From positions 171,866,001-171,930,000 of the forward strand of contig NC_058368.1 of NCBI RefSeq assembly GCF_018350175.1: a stretch of DNA of 64,000 bases, given 5' to 3'. Shown piece after piece: positions 23,425 to 36,814 of the stretch. This stretch comes from Felis catus (taxonomy: Eukaryota). A model generated the notes under the pieces. It was given only the letters and a program-made list of their open reading frames with translations, had not been told where the DNA came from and did no database searches. Position 1 is the first letter of the stretch. Each line of letters begins with the position of its first letter. The position numbers and the translations under genes are program-made.

Positions 23425-24719
23425 ATGATTTTTTACCTAGTACATATATCCACATTATATTTGTCCATTTTTTATTTCAGTTAAGGACCAACCAGTGGTA
23501 GAGAAAAATCTTTCTTTGTTAAAAATAAATATATTTAGATTTCTAAATCAGAAATAATTAACTTTGGTTCAGTGGAGAGTGAAACCTGGAGTCAAATATT
23601 TGGCTGTCTTCAGCTAGATCAAGACAAATCACTTAACATTCCTGTGATTTAACTTTTATGTCTACAAAATGAGTGCATACTGTGTTGTAACTCCTTTTTT
23701 TTTCAAATAATTTTCTGAAGTGGTATAAGGAACCACTATCTCAGGTAACTTTCTAAAGCTGATAAGCTTATCTACATGTGAAATTTAAAATAATCATGTT
23801 CTGTTTTTATATTATCAAAGCCAGATTATTTCTTGTCATATCATCTTGGTTGTTTCCAGAGTTGTAAACACATAACTTACTTCTTGACTTCAAACTTAAG
23901 TATAGGCACTAATAAGATACTGAGATAATGTCACACTTAGGAAACATAAAAAAAAGTAATGAGCATGGTTTTGAAAAGTACTAAGGTTGTTTTATGTATC
24001 TCTCATTTTAAAAAAATACAGCTTTGTCAAGAAAAGAGACTTTAAGATATCTTTAATAAACAGATATCACATGCATGTAGCACACATTTCCAAAAGTCCA
24101 AGAGAGTATGAATGTAACGAAAATAAATCTTGTAGCGCTGTCCTTCAGCCACCTGCATCCTGTCCACAGAGGCAAACTCTGTTACCACTTTCATGTTTAG
24201 CCTTTCATACTATAGTTCACAGAAGCTCAAAATTTCACAAACATATCTGTGGGTATTCTTCAGGAAGGCAAATACATATGCTAATATGGTAAAGTGATTT
24301 GTGTTTTCATCAAAAATTAGCATTCTGGAACATGATGATGTACTTAAGAATTTTAAATCGTAATGAGAACTCTTATTCAAGCTCCAGAAGAGTTTTTTAC
24401 TTTAAAAAGTATAAAACAGATACTGTAAGAGGATAAACAACTTTCTGTTTAAATCTGATTATCCGATACCTCATTGTGAAAATCCTACTTGTTTGGAGTT
24501 TAACAAAAGTAGTCCCATGATTAAAAGTTAATTTGGGAAAATCTGACTAGAGTAGCTCATTCACTAGCCACACAAAAAGATGGAAAGGTGGTTCTGAGGA
24601 ATTTCCATTCCAGCAGCATAAATATGCTTACAGTAGGTGAGAGAATCCATTGTGGCTTACAGTAGGTGAGAGAATCTCTCTGTATTGCATTTTCCCTGTT
24701 TACATGAGCAACATTTGTT

Positions 24720-25001
24720 CACTTGACTGGGGCTAGAGAATCTGCTTCCAAGGTCAGTCACTTACTCATTTGGCTGACAAGTTGGTGCTGGTTTGGGCCC
24801 CATGTTGGCCTTTCCATAGGGTTACCTGAGTATCTTCATAACATGGTGGCTAACTTGAAGGTGTGCAGTCCAGGAGATCAAGATGGAAGCTACAGTGTCT
24901 TTTGTGACCGAGCCTCAGAAGTCACTTCTGCACTATCTTACTGATCTATAGGTCAAGTCTATTAAGCATGGGAGAGTACCATCCAAAGACTTGAATACCA
25001 G
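24720..25001. mobile_element. MLT1 (MaLR) LTR remnant
   Basis: CTGGGGCTAGAGAATCTGCTTCCAAG, GCTGACAAGTTGGTGCTGG, GAGTATCTTCATAACATGGTGGCT motifs typical of old MLT1; continues to about 25255 after the SINE. Confidence 0.6.
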
Positions 25002-25200
25002 TTTTTTTTAATGTTTATTTATTTTTGAGAGAGAGAATGTGAGTGGAATAGGGGCAGAGAGAGGGAGGGGGAGGGAGGGAGGGAGACAGAGGATCTTTAG
25101 GGGGCTCTGCCCTGACAGCAGCAAGCCCCATACGGGGCTTGAACTCAAAAACACATGAACCATGAGATTGTGACCTGAGCCGAAGTTGCACACTTACCAA
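25002..25200 (-). mobile_element. CanSINE lacking its 5' head
   Basis: Antisense body stops at CACTTACCAACT without GAGCCACCCAGG. Confidence 0.9.
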
Positions 25201-25849
25201 CTTTTAAAAGTTGGTATACCAACTTTTTAAAGATTATTGGGGATAATCTTGGAGTGTGATTGAAGTACCTCCTAACTTAGCACCTCACCCCCGTTTAAAT
25301 AAGGATTGGATCTGCATTCTCACATTTGATATTGTGGTAATCTTAAGGGGAATTTATGCAGAAAAGCCTAAGGCTTTCAGGATGGTGTACACCTTTCTAT
25401 TATTTATGTGCTGCTCAAGAAAATGCATGTTTGATTGCTAAGCTTTTTGCAGTGATTTATTTTTTATTATGCTTGATGTCTGATGAGAAGAAAACTCACG
25501 TAAACTGGGACTGTTTAAAGAAACAAACACTAGCTTCCTCTTAGAAATTGTAGGATATATCCTTTAGCCCTAACACATTGCTGAAGTCTTTGCTACCTCA
25601 TATGTAGAAGTTACTATTATAATCTAGCCTTTGAATCCAGGTGTCATCCAGAAATTGGAATGGATATAGGGCATCTTTCACTCACAAAAATAATGAATTC
25701 TGACTATAATCTGCAGAAATTAAAGGTGCTGGCATATTTATGCTGCTGGAATAGTTTGGAAGAGTAAGACTGCCACTGTAATATAAAACAGAAAAAAAAT
25801 CCCCCATGTGTAATGTTTGAGAGTAATATTTAGAAGAGTAAGAATTTGA

Positions 25850-26578
25850 AGATTTAAGTGTGGCAGGGTGGAGGCAGGGAGATTTGTGGATCATGTGTCT
25901 GTTTAGGTTAAATGTTTGAGACATCCAGATGACATATGAGATACTTTGGTATTCAGAGGAGAGGATTAGGATAGAGATATGAATTTGAGATGTAACATCA
26001 TATGAATGTTGGTTAAAACACCTTGGGACTGGGTGAGAAAACATCGAAGAGAAAAAGTAGTCCTAAAACGCTTGCTGAGGCACTCCCATCTTTTATTTAC
26101 TTATTTTTTAATGTTTGTTTATTTTTGAGAGAGAGACAGAGACAGAGAGTGAGCAGGGGAGGGGCAGAGAGAGAGGGAGACACAGAATCCAAAGCACATT
26201 CCATGCTCTGAGCTGTCAACACAGAGCCCGGTGCGGGGCTCAAACTGAAACCGGGAGATCATGACCTGAGGTGAAGTCGGCCGCTTAACCAACTGAGCCA
26301 CCCAAGAGCCCCTGAGACACTCCCATCTTTGAGAAGACTAGTGAAAAGGCAGAACAATTAAAGGAAATTAGAGGGAAGAGGAAAAACAGGAGAATATGTT
26401 ATACAGGCCAAGAGAAGATGTCTATTTCAGGTATAAGAGATCAGGTTTGTCTCATGTTACCGAGAAAGTATTGTACTAAGATAAGGTCAGGGGAATTTGG
26501 CTACATGGTGGTCATTGGTGACCTTGGCAGTTGAGTTTCAGGAAATTGTTTAAGATTGAGGTGGGTTAAAGAATGAAT
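25850..26578 (-). mobile_element. L2 remnant (continues at 33217-33560 after the L1 insertion)
   Basis: GGTCATTGGTGACCTTG...AAAGAATGAAT joins colinearly to GAGGTGAGAAAATAGAGACAG...TCAAGAAATTTTGG. Confidence 0.7.
26094..26312 (-). mobile_element. CanSINE
   Basis: TSD TGAG(G/A)CACTCCCATCTTT at 26076-26093 and 26313-26330. Confidence 0.96.
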
Positions 26579-29500
26579 GGGGGGGGGGGAGAGCCAAGAT
26601 GGTGGAACAGCATGGAAGTTTTTTGTGTGTCTCGCATCCATGAAATATAGCCACATCAACACTAAACCATCCTGCACACCTAGAAAACTGATTTGAGGAT
26701 TACCACAGCAATCTGCACAACCTGAACCACAGAACTCAGCAGATATGTGGCGTGGAGAGGTGAACTGGGGGAGGGAGAAGCCACAGAGGGCAGGGAACTG
26801 TTTTTGCTTGCAGAGAGAAGATGGAGATGGGGAAGGGGGAGAGTGCTGGAAAAACACACCCCCCAAAATCAGCTGGAAAGTGGAAAAGTGTAAACAGCTG
26901 CATAGACTGAACTAAAAAGGGAGAAAGGAGAGGGTTTAAATTCCATTAAGACTCTATAAACAGGGAGCGCGGAGTCTGAAACTCTGCAGCTCAATACCTG
27001 GCAGTGCTCTGGTGGGAAGGGTGAATCCCCAGGAGCATAGTGAGGTCTGGGGTTCCCTGGGCCACACGGGGAGAGGCAGTTCCCCTGCTGGGAGGACATT
27101 TGGTAGAGGCGCTGTGGCCCACCCCCCCCCCACCACCCCAGTCAAAGGTGCCAGCAGACCCTGGAGAATAACCACATTCGCTTGTGCTGGAATAGGGTCA
27201 TTAAGGGTACACCCTGGTGCCAGATGCATGTTGTGATTTTTCATAATCCCTGAAACACTGTTGCCACATAATCACATGAACTTTTTCTGGGGTGGGCTTG
27301 CACCCAGCCGCAGTCTCTGGGCATAGACAGCAGTGTGGTCCTGCAGACATACCTGGGTGTGGCCGGCACCCGGTCATTGCTCAGTGAGACCCTCCCGCAG
27401 AAGGGCAGAACAGGTCAAAGCCACAGTCCATCAGGAGTGAGGGGTTGGGAAATACAGCTGTATCTGAGATAAAACTCGGGGGGGGGGGATGTTGCCTGGC
27501 AACCTGACAGCTTGGTCACGGACAGTGTAAAAGCAGGGAGTGGATGGAAGCCGGAGACAAAGGACAGGTGCAGAATTGCTGATCAGGGAGAACAGAGTTC
27601 CAATAGGAGAGAATGGATAGCTGGGTGATGCCATTTTCACTCCTGCGCATGCACATACACACCTACAAGCGCCATGAAAATCCACCCCAGTAAGCTGTGC
27701 CACACCATCTAGTGGAGAACGGAGCTGTTGCATTAAGCCCTGCCCAACTGAGCTGGCCTCACACTTCAGGAACACCAGGTCTCTCCACCTGCTTAGTTTA
27801 CAGACTGTAAATTGCTTCACAGTTTGACTTCTAGAGGAAAACGATGTAATTTCAATTGTATGTTAGTTTGTTCGCTGGTCCATCTATTCAATTTTCTTTT
27901 TTTTCTCTTTTTTCTTGAATACAGAAAGAAAAAAATTAATTTTATTTTCAATTTTTATTAAAAATATTGTTTGTTTTCTACTATATTATTTACTTTTTTG
28001 TAAATTTTTCAAATTCTGATTTACTTCCATCATTTCATTTCATTCTATTTCATTGTATTCATTTTTCAAATTTCCATTTTCCTTTTTTTTCTCTTTTTTT
28101 CTTTTTTCTCCCCCTTTTTTCTCTTATCTATCAAGCTCCTTTCAGCAACCAGACCAAAACACCTATGATCTACCATCATTTATTTGATTTGTGTATGTGT
28201 GTGTGTGTTGTTTTAATTTTTTAATTTTAGGGTTTTTTTACCTTAGTAATTCTTTTCTTCCTTCGAAATGACAAAGTGAAATTCACCCCAAAAGAAAGAT
28301 CAGGAAGAAATGACCGCCAGGCATTTAGTCAACACAGATACAAGCAAGATGTCTGAATCAGAATTTAGAATCTCAAGAATATTAGTTGGTGTCGAAAATA
28401 GACTAGAATCCCTTTTTGTGGAGATAAAAGATAAGCTAGTCAGGATGAAATAAAAAATGCTATAAATGAGCTGCAATCTCAAATGGATGCCATGGCAGTA
28501 AGGATGGATGAGGCAGAGCAGTGAATCAGCAATATAGAGGACAAACTAATGGAGAATAATGAAGCAGAAAAAAAGAGTGAGAATAGGCAAAAGAGCACGA
28601 TTTAAGAATTAAGAGAAATCAGTGACTCATTAAAAAGGGGCAACATCAGAATCATAGGGATCACAGAAGATGGAGAGAGAGAGAAAGGAGTAACAGGGTT
28701 ATGTGAGCAAATCATAGTGGAAAACTTTCCTAACCTGGGGAAAGACACAGACATCAAAATCCAGGAAGCACAGAAGACTCCCGTTAGATTCAACAAAAAC
28801 TGACCATCAACAAGGCCTATCATAGTCAAATTCACAAAATACTCAGGCAAGGAAAGAATCATGAAAGCAGCAAGGGTAAAACAGTCCTTAGCCTACAAGG
28901 GAAGACAAATCAGGTTTGCAGCAGACCCATCTACAGAAACTTGGAAGGTCAGAAAGGAGTGGCAGGATATATTCAGTGTGCTGAATCAGAAAAATACGTA
29001 GCCAAAAATTTATCCAGCAAGGTTGTCATTCAAAATAGAAGGAGAGATTAAAAGTTTTGCAAACAAAAATTAAAGGAGTTCATGACCACTAAACCAGCCC
29101 TGCAAGAAATTTTAAGTGAGACTTTCTGAGGGGAGAAAAGATGAGAAAAAAATACCAAAAGCAACAAAGACTAGAAAGGACCAAGGAACACCACCAGAAA
29201 CTCCAACTGTACAAGAAACATAATGGCAATAAATTCATATCTTTTAGTACTCACAATGTCAATGGACTAAATGCTCTAATCAAAAGACATAGAGAATAGA
29301 ATGGATAAGAAAACAAGATCCTTCTATATGCTGTTTACAAAGACCCACTTTAGACCTAAAGACACCTTCAGATTGGAAGTAAGGGGATGGAGAACCATCT
29401 ATCATGCTAGTAGTCGGCAAAAGAAAGCTGGAGTAACCATACTTATATCAGACAATCTAGACTTTAAAGTAAAGACTAACAAGATGAAGAAGGGCATTAT

Positions 29501-32500
29501 ATCATAATTAAGGGGTCTATCCACCAAGAAGACCTAACAATTGTAGAAATTTATGCTCCAAATGTGGGAGCACCCACATACATAAATCAATCACGAATGT
29601 AAACTCATTGATAATAATAACATAATAGTAGGGGACTTCAACACCCCACTTACAGCAATGGGTAGATCACCTAAACAGAATATCAACAAGGAAACAATGG
29701 CTTTGAATGACACACTGGACCAGATGGACTTAACAGATATATTCAGTACATTTCATCCTAAAGCAGCAGAATATACATTCTTCTCCAGTGCACATGGAAC
29801 GTTCTCCAGAATAGATTACATACTGGGACAGAAATCAGCCCTCAACAAGTACAAAAAGATCAAGATCTTACTGTGCATATTTTCAGACCACAACGCTGTG
29901 AAACTCGAAATCAACCACAAGAAAAAGTTTGGAAAGATAACAAATACTTGGAGACTAAAGAACATCCTATTAAAGAATAAGTGGGCTAACCAAGAAGTTA
30001 AAGAGGAAATTAAAAAGTACATGGAAGCCAATGAAAATGACAACACCACAGCCCAAAACCTCTGGGATGCAGCAAAAGCAGTCTTAAGAGGGAAGTATGT
30101 AGCAATCCAAGCCTTCCTAAAGAAGGAAGAAAGGTCTCAGATATACAACCTAACCTTACACCTTAAAGACCTGGAAAAAGAACAGCAAATAAAACCCAAA
30201 GCCAGCAAAAGACAGGAAATAATAAACATTAGAGCAGAAATCAATGGTATTGAAACCAAAAAAAAAAAAAAACAAAACAAAACAAAAAACAAAAAACCAA
30301 CAGATCAAAGAAACCAGAAGCTGGTTCTTTGAAAGAATTAACAAAATTGATAAACCACTAGCCAGTTTGATCAAAATGAAAAAGGAAGAGACCCAAATCA
30401 TTAAAATCAAGAATGAAAGAGGAGAGATCACAACCAACACAGCAGAAATAAAAACAAAATAAGAGAAAATTTGTACAATTATATGCCAGTAAAGTGGGCA
30501 ATTTGGAAGAAATGGACAAATTCCTAGAAACATAGAAACTACCAAAACTGAAATGGGAAGAGATAGAAAATTTGAACAGACCCATAACCAGTAAAGAAAT
30601 CAAATTAGTAATCAAAAATCTCCCAAAAAACAAGAGTCTGGGGCCAGATGGCTTTCCAAGGGAATTCTACCAAACATTTAAGGAAGAGTTTAACACCTAT
30701 TCTCTTGAAGCTGTTCCAAAAAATAGAAATGAAAGGAAAACTTCCAAACTCTTTCTATGAAGCCAGCATCACCTTGATTCCAAAACCAAAGACCCCACTC
30801 AAAAGGAGAACTGTAAACCAATTTCCCAGATGAATATGGATGCAAAAATTCTCAACAAGATATTAGCCAACCAGATCCAACAGTACATTAAAAAAAATTA
30901 TTCACCACAACCAAGGGGATTTATGCCTGGGATGCAGGGTTGGTTCAATATTTGCAAAAACAATCAATGTGATTTATCACATCAATAAAAGAAAGGACAA
31001 GAACCACATGGTCCTCTCAATAGATGCAGAGAAAGCATTTGACAAAATACAGCATCCTTTCTTGATAAAAACCCTCAAGAAAAAAGGGGTAGAAGGATCA
31101 TACCTCAAGATCATAAAAGCCATATACGAAAGACCCAACGCTAATATCTTCCTCAGTGGGGAAAAAAAATGAGAGCTTTCCTCCTCAGGTCAGGGACAAG
31201 ACAGGGATGTCCAGTCTCACCACTGTTATTCACCATAGTATTGGGAGTCTTAGCCTCAGCAATCAGATAACACAAAAAATAAAAGTCATCCAGATTGGCC
31301 AGGAGGAGGTCAAACTTTCACTCTTTGCAGATGACATAATACTCTATATGGAGAACCCAAAAGATTCCACAAAAAAACTGCTAGGACTGATACATGAATT
31401 CAGCAAAACTGGAGGATATAAAATCAATGCACAGATCGGTTGCATTCTTATGTACCAATAATGAAGCAACAGAGAAATCAAGGAATTGATCCCATTTACA
31501 ATAGCACCAAAGAGGTGAAAAATGTATACACTGAATACTGTAGAAAGATTATGAAATAAATTGAAGAGGACACAAAAAAAACGGAAAAAGATTCCATGCT
31601 CCTGGATAGGAAGAACAAATACTGTTAAAATGTCAATTCTACCCAAAGCAACCTACATATTCAATGCAATCCCTATCAAAATAACACCAGCCTTCTTCAC
31701 AGAGCTAGAACAAACAATCCTAAACTTTGTATGGAACCAGAAAAGACCCCAAATAGCCAAAGAGATCTTGAAAAAAGAAACCAAAATAGGCATCACAATT
31801 CCAGACTTCAAGCTGTATTACAAAGCTGTAATCGTCAAGACAGTATAGTACTGGCAGAAGAACAGACACTCAGATCAATGGAACAGAATAGAGAACCTAG
31901 AAATGGACCCACAAACTTATGGTCAACTAATCTTTGACAAAGCAGGAAAGAATATCCAATGGAATAAAGACAGTCTCTTCAGCAAGTGGTGCTGGGAAAA
32001 CTGGAGAGCGATGTGCAGAAAGATGAACCTGGACCACTTTCTTATACCATACACAAAAGTAAACTCAAAGTGGATGAAAGACCTAAATGTAAGACAGGAA
32101 ACCATCAAAATGCTTGAGGAGAAAGCAGGCAAAAACCTCTTTGACCTTGGCCGCAGCAGCTTTTTACTCAACATGTCTCCGGAGGCAAGGGAAACCAAAG
32201 CAAAAATGAACTGTTGGGACCTCGTCAAAATAAAAACCTTCTGCACAGTGAAGGAAACAGTCAGCAAAAGTAAAAGTCAACCGACACAATGGGAGAAGAT
32301 ATTTGCAAGCAACATAACAGATAAAGGGTTAGTATCCACAGTCTGTAAAGAACTGCTCAGACTCAACACCCAAAAAACAAATAATCCAGTGAAGAAATGG
32401 GCAAAAGACATGAATACAAACTTCTCCAAAGAAGACATACAGATGGCCAACCGACACATGAAAAGATGCTCAAGTTCACTCATCATCAGGGAAATACAAA

Positions 32501-33216
32501 TCAAAACCACATGAGATACCACCTCACACCTGTCACAATGGCTAACATTAACAACTCAGGCAACAACAGATGTTGGCAAGGATGTGGAGAAAGAGGATCT
32601 CTTTTGCATTGCTGGTGGGAGTGCAAGCTGATGCAGCCACTCTGGAAAAACAGTTTAGAGGTTCCTCAAAAAATTAAAAATAGAACTACCCTAGGACCCA
32701 GCAATTGCACTACTAGGTATTTATCCAAGGGATACAGGTATGCTGTTTTGAAGGGGCACATGCACCCCAGTGTTTATAGCAGTGCTATCAACAATAGCTA
32801 AAGTATGGAAAGAGCCCAAATGTCCATCGATGGATGAATTGATAAAGAAGATATATGATGGAGTATTACTCAGCAATCAAAAAGAATGAAATCTTGCCAT
32901 TTGCAACTACATGGATGGAACTAGAGGATATTCTAAGTGAAATTAGAGAAAGACAAATATCATATGACTTCACTCATGAGGACTTTAAGATAGAAAACAA
33001 ATGAACAAATGAACATACAGGAAGGGAAGCAAAAATATTGTAAAAACTGGGAGGGGGACTAAATATAAGAGACTTAAATATAGAGATCAAACAGAGGGTT
33101 ACTGGAGGGGTTGTCGGGGGGAGGGGGTAGGCTAAATGGGTAAGGAGCATTAAGGAATCTACTCCTGAAATCATTGTTGCACTATATGCTAACTAACTTG
33201 GATATAAATTTTTTAA
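26579..33216 (+). mobile_element. Full-length decayed LINE-1 (5'UTR ~26579-28267, ORF1 ~28268-29145, ORF2 ~29223-32945, 3'UTR)
   Basis: 5' G-run + GAGAGCCAAGATGGTGG; TSD AAAGA(A/G)TGAAT at 26568-26578 and 33217-33227; ORF2 fragments 29658-30332 (endonuclease), LSLFADDIILY (RT) and 31903-32514; multiple stops and frameshifts. Confidence 0.97.
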
Positions 33217-34032
33217 AAAGAGTGAATCAGAGGTGAGAAAATAGAGACAGGAAATGATGGCCACTAAATCAAGAAATTTTGGTGTGAGTAGAACAGAGAA
33301 AAGGAGTCATATCTTGTGTATGTATGGTGGGGGACACTAAGGTCAAGAAAGGGATTTGTAAAGATGAGTGATACTAGAGCCTGTTTGTGTGTTCATGAGA
33401 ATGATCAAGTACAAAGGAGAAATTGGCAATGCATGAGAGAGGGACTGCTCAAAGATGACTTCTTGGATAGCCAAGAGAAGTTGGAATCCATTGCCCAAGA
33501 AAGGGGATATTGGTCTTTGATAGGAACAGGAGTGCTTTATGCATTTTAATAGGGAAGCAGTGTGAGCATGACAGGGAGATATGAGAGAATTTCTCTCCAA
33601 TGGAGTGAAGTAGGTCTTCACCTGAAAGTGGCATAGGTAGGAAAATAGGTGGGTTGTAGGTTTTAGAAGAGAAAAAAGGTACCAAGAAGTTAACTCAGAG
33701 ACTGGGAATGCAGGCTTCCTAGGAAACACAGTAGTGCTGCCAGGCAGTGTTGAATATGTGTGTGTTTATGGTTGTACATTTAAAGTGAAACCAGCCAGCT
33801 CCATTATCTGACCATCACCACCTCCACACCGACCCCTGCCTAAGGGGATGTGAGAGGAAAGGAGACTTCCCTTGAGAAAGTAGCAAAGAAAGTGGTGTCA
33901 TCAGACTTAAACTAAGATAAATAGGTGAGGATGTTCATTGAAAAGCTTGAAGGTGGGGAGGTATTTGATTAACTTATTGTTTTATTAGTTTCATATTTTT
34001 AATACCGTAATATTAAAATATTCTGTTTGATT

Positions 34033-34230
34033 GGGGCACCTGGGGGCTCAGTGGGTTGAGTGTCCGACTTTGGCCCAGGTCATGATCTTGCTGTTTGTGA
34101 GTTAGAGCCCCACATTGGGCTCACTGCTGTCAACCTGTCAGCACAGAGCCTGCTTCAGATCCTCTGTCCCCCTCTCTCTGCCCTTCCCCTGCTTGCGCTC
34201 TCCCAAAAAATAACATTTAAAAAAATATAT
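34033..34230 (+). mobile_element. CanSINE
   Basis: Head GGGGCACCTGGGGGCTCAG; TGTTTGATT repeats flank. Confidence 0.93.
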
Positions 34231-34650
34231 TGTTTGATTATATGTGTTACATACATTTCTCTGCTGTTTTATTAAATACACTTTTGATTGGGTCAAGGGA
34301 GTAATGGTTTAAAATGAGAATATAATTTAGATGAAAAAGAGAGCAGAGTTTTAGGAAGTCAGAGGATAAGGAGCTGTCTGGGGGATAGTTCATTCTTTTA
34401 ATGGCTGCCTGTCCCTAATCCTAAACAAACACAAAATGTTTTTTGAACTTTATGATATATTACTATTGTAAATATAGAGAAATAAATAAGAAATGAGCAG
34501 GCTATCCTATCCTTGTTCCTTTTTCACTTGTACTTTTTAAGGAATATTTGTTTCATTTACTCAACACAATTTAATTTCTACTAGATACCTGCGACAGGGA
34601 TTGTATAGTTAGGAAAATTAAGGCAGAGATTCTTGTTCAGAAGCTAATGG

Positions 34651-34779
34651 GGGGTGGGTGGCCGGGTGGCTCAGTTGGTTCAGTGTCTGACTTCAGCTCA
34701 GATCATGATCTCCGGTTTGTGAGTTTGAGCCCTGCGTCAGGCTCTGTGCTGACAGCTCAGAGCCTGGAGCCTGCTTCAG

Positions 34780-34827
<48 letters not shown>

Positions 34828-35086
34828 CCTTCCCTGCTCTCACTCTGTCTCTTTATCTCTCTCAAAAATAAGCAAACATTGGGGCACCTGGGTGGCTTAG
34901 TCTGTTAAGCGTCCGACTTCGACTCAGGTCATGATCTCGGGGTCCGTGAGTTTGAGCCCCGCGTCGGGCTTCAGATTCTGTGTCTCCCTCTCTCTGACCC
35001 TCCCCCGTTCATGCTCTGTCTCTCTCTGTCTCAAAAATAAATAAAGGTTAAAAAAATTTTTTTTTAAAAAGCAAACATTAAAAAAA
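34651..35086 (+). mobile_element. CanSINE with a second CanSINE (34881-35068) nested in its tail
   Basis: Outer TSD AGAAGCTAATGGGG (34639-34652; 35087-35100); inner TSD AAGCAAACATT (34870-34880; 35069-35079). Confidence 0.95.
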
Positions 35087-35852
35087 AGAAGCTAATGGGG
35101 GAAATAGGTGTAATTTCAATTGGTAAATGATTTAAGTACTTACTACAGGAGCATAGAGGTAAGAGCATCTGACTACTTGGAATAAAGACAGCTTCACAGA
35201 ATTGTATCTTGCTGTATAAGAGGTAGTTCATTCATATTCCAAGCATTCAAGCAACTACTTTTGACTAGGCTGCTAGCTCTTGAGAATACAATGTTGAAAT
35301 ACAAGATGAGAGTCTTGTTCTGAAAGAGTTGAGTCAGAAAGATCAGTAAGTAAATAATCCCAAGTGAATGGTTAAAGAAGTAGTTGGTAAATTCAGGGAC
35401 TTGGGGAAGCATACTGAGGGAGAGGGGATCTGACTCTGGCAAGAGAAGTTAGAGAAGGCTTTTGGGAGATGCCATCTAAACTGAGTCCTAAAAATGGGTC
35501 AGCATTAGGTAGGTGAAAAAGAAGGGGGTGAGAACCTTCCAGGAGACAAAATAGTATGACTTGGTGGTTAAGTGCACAGGAATCACAGTTGGAATGTAGC
35601 TGGAGTAGTTGCATAGCCTAGAGGTATGAAGGGCTCAGATCATAAAGGACCTTACATGTATTGCTAATGAGCTTGAACTTTTATTTTGTCACCAATTGAA
35701 CTCTATGAAAGGTAAAAAATACTGATCTTGAAGGGTGTTTGTAGAAGCCAGCAATTAAGGATTATTTTTTTGTTAAGTATAGCTTAGTGCTATTTTTGTT
35801 GTTGTTAATATAAAAGTAATACAGGTCACTGTTAAAAATTTAAGAAGTAAAG

Positions 35853-35958
35853 GTGGTGTCAGGATGGCTCAGTTGATAGAACATACAACTCTTGATTTTA
35901 GGATTGTGAGTTCAAGCTCCACATTGAGTGTAGAGCTTACTTTAAAAAAAAATTTTTT
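35853..35958 (+). mobile_element. Short old carnivore SINE
   Basis: GGCTCAGTTGATAGAACATACAACTCTTGAT...GTGAGTTCAAGC...GTAGAGCTTACTTTAAAAAA. Confidence 0.8.
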
Positions 35959-36593
35959 TAAGCAGTGAAAATTAAAGCACCACTCAATTCTACTCTCCAG
36001 AGGAAACCACTGTTAAGTTTGTTTTATTTTTTAAACCTTTCAAGCAGCATAGCATTCTTAATATTATAGGAGTGTTAGACAAACTATTTCAAAGCAAGTG
36101 GTCAGGGACCATGGGAAGAGGGTGGGAATCAACCCTCCAAGCTTCTCAACAGATAATATTTTATATAGACTTTTTGTGTAAAATAAATGGTTGATAAATC
36201 CAGTCAAGTTGTCTTATCACTTCATTGGAGACTTTTTTTTTTTTGTAAAGAACTTTGTGTTTTCTTTTGTAAAACAATAAATATCACAAAGATCTCTGTG
36301 AAAGTCTCAAGTGTTTTATTGAGCAGATATAACTATTTGTTTGAGTTAAATTTTGGACCTTCTTTGTGAAAAGATTAAGAAAATGCCTTTTCCATATTGT
36401 ATTAGGTATAGACTGCTTTGGGACCATGATGCTTATTGATTAATTGTTGGTGTCTACTGAGAAAGGTATTAGAATGTGAAATGAATTTTTGTCCAGTTCT
36501 TAAGAAATCTTACTTTGTGCTTCTATAAAAGCAATGTGACACTTCAAGTAATTCTACTCATTCTTGGAGGACTTGACAATGAAAGTTTAAAAA

Positions 36594-36814
36594 GGAGTGC
36601 CTGAGTGGCTCATTCGGTTAAGTGTCCAACTTCGGCTCAGGTCTTGATTTCACAGTTTGTGGGTTCGAGCCCTGCCTTGGGCTCTGTGCTGATAGCTCAG
36701 AGCCTAGAGCCTGTTTTGGATTCTGTGTCTCCCTCTCTCTGCCTCTCCCCCACTCACGCTCTGTTTCTCTCTGTCTCTCAAAAATGAATAATTGTCAAAA
36801 AAAAATTTTTTTAA
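36594..36814 (+). mobile_element. CanSINE
   Basis: Flanking GAAAGTTTAAAAA repeats. Confidence 0.94.

Noticed and set aside
26579..27800. GC-rich region as a host-gene promoter
   Set aside because: It is the 5'UTR of the full-length L1 bounded by TSDs.
29658..32514. Long ORFs (224 aa, 203 aa) with endonuclease / RT-associated motifs as a novel RT system or active element
   Set aside because: Ordinary L1 ORF2 fragments; ORF1 and ORF2 both carry multiple stops and frameshifts.
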